Assembly: GCA_016124665.1 (NCBI GenBank)
Contig: WGNH01000021.1
Location: forward strand, 19,837-83,836
DNA: 64,000 nt
Reading direction: 5' to 3'
Source of the DNA: Alphaproteobacteria bacterium
GTDB lineage: Bacteria > Pseudomonadota > Alphaproteobacteria > Caulobacterales > Maricaulaceae
Shown piece after piece: positions 63,184 through 64,000 of this stretch. The position numbers and the translations under genes were made by a program. Under the pieces are notes generated by a model. The model made no database searches, had not been told where the DNA came from, and was given only the letters and a program-made list of their open reading frames with translations. Each line of letters begins with the position of its first letter. Position 1 is the first letter of the stretch.

Positions 63184-63639
63184 ATGTCCAACGCCCCCTT
63201 CTGGAAAGTGAAAACACTGCAAGAGATGAGCTCTGCGGAATGGGAATCGCTGTGCGACGGGTGCGGCAAATGCTGTCTGGTCCAGCTCGAGGACGAGGAC
63301 GGGGACCGCGTGCTGACCTCCCTGTCCTGCAAACTCTATGACGGGGCGACAGGGAAATGCCGCGATTATGCCAACCGCTCGGCGCGGGTGCCCGATTGTG
63401 TGCGGCTGACACCGGACAATGTCGGACAACTGGCCTGGATGCCGAAAACCTGCGCTTACCGCCTGGTTCATGAAGGCCGCGATCTGCCGGACTGGCATCC
63501 TCTGGTGACGGGCGATCCGCAATCCACCTTCAAGGCCGGCATGTCGGTGCGCGGGCAGGTGACCAGTGAAATGCGGGTGGATGAGGCCGATTACGAGGCC
63601 TTCATCCGCGGCTGGCCGGGCGAAAACGGGGATAAATAG
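63184..63639 (+). CDS. YcgN family cysteine-cluster protein (UPF0260)
   Basis: [27 protein letters not shown]...LSCKLYD...CRDY. Confidence 0.85.
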   Translation: MSNAPFWKVKTLQEMSSAEWESLCDGCGKCCLVQLEDEDGDRVLTSLSCKLYDGATGKCRDYANRSARVPDCVRLTPDNVGQLAWMPKTCAYRLVHEGRDLPDWHPLVTGDPQSTFKAGMSVRGQVTSEMRVDEADYEAFIRGWPGENGDK

Positions 63640-63745
63640 GACGCTATCCCGCCGGGCGGATCCGGAAACCCTCGATTATTCAGCGGGCTGAAACTTTTTC
63701 CGGCAAAACGATCCGGAGCGCGCGGTTGCCGGGCTATAAAACGGC

Positions 63746-64000
63746 ATGGTCAGAGAAATGACGGCAAGGCGGCTCGACCGCGCGGCCTGGGAAGTGTTGA
63801 CCCGCCAGTATGAGGCGGGCGTGAGTGTCGACGCGCTGGCAGCGTCAACCGGTCTCAGTGCATCACGTATCCGCCACAGGATTGCGGAATGCCGGCAGGA
63901 TGATGCGGCCCTGCGCGCTGAATACTACCGTCAGGCGATGCACCGTGAATTGGTCCGGGCCGAATCCGAATTGCTGAAAGGCAGCGTCGAGTCCGCGGTC
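63746..64000 (+). CDS. hypothetical protein, 5' part (open to the window end); possible HTH
   Basis: My translation reads MVREMTARRLDRAAWEVLTRQYEAGVSVDALAASTGLSASRIRHRIAE... It is not in the ORF track because no stop lies inside the window. Confidence 0.3.
   Translation, partial: MVREMTARRLDRAAWEVLTRQYEAGVSVDALAASTGLSASRIRHRIAECRQDDAALRAEYYRQAMHRELVRAESELLKGSVESAV

Overview
This is a high-GC, gene-dense chromosomal segment. Its gene content suggests a marine alphaproteobacterium (two DUF2336 genes, DUF1491, a DnaA-domain-IV/DUF6456 pair, a TonB2-type cluster), but that placement is inference only. I can support about 70 protein genes, two tRNAs (Pro-CGG and Gln-UUG, divergent), several intrinsic terminators and one repeated non-coding element. 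Most of the window is housekeeping: tsaC, lepB, xseB-ispA-dxs-tlyA, aroC, pdxH, sppA, sufE, prfC, a class A PBP, an acyl-CoA dehydrogenase and oligopeptidase B. There are three larger membrane systems. The first is an Opp/Dpp-type peptide ABC importer that is split and has no ATPase genes here. The second is a TonB2-type energy-transduction cluster (DUF3450, large ExbB, ExbB, two ExbD, TonB, a TPR protein and a second TonB). The third is a 10-gene translationally coupled Mrp-like cation/proton antiporter operon with the order E-F-G-DUF4040-B-C-D-D-x-D. I see no CRISPR array, prophage, integrase, transposase, toxin-antitoxin pair or recognisable defence island, so I cannot honestly name a clear new multi-gene system. 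The observations most worth a second look are: (1) a 270-bp MITE-like element with ~28-bp terminal inverted repeats present twice, one copy lying exactly between two convergent stop codons; (2) a tandem pair of exported glycine-zipper surface-antigen-like proteins, one carrying a ~250-residue RGG/RGY repeat tract; (3) a SET-domain methyltransferase next to an HDAC-family deacetylase; (4) a BacNaV-type voltage-gated channel whose selectivity filter reads TLEGW; (5) an overlapping pair made of a DnaA-domain-IV-only HTH protein and a DUF6456 protein; (6) the atypical Mrp-like operon. All functional calls come from motifs I recognised in the supplied translations. No database search was run.
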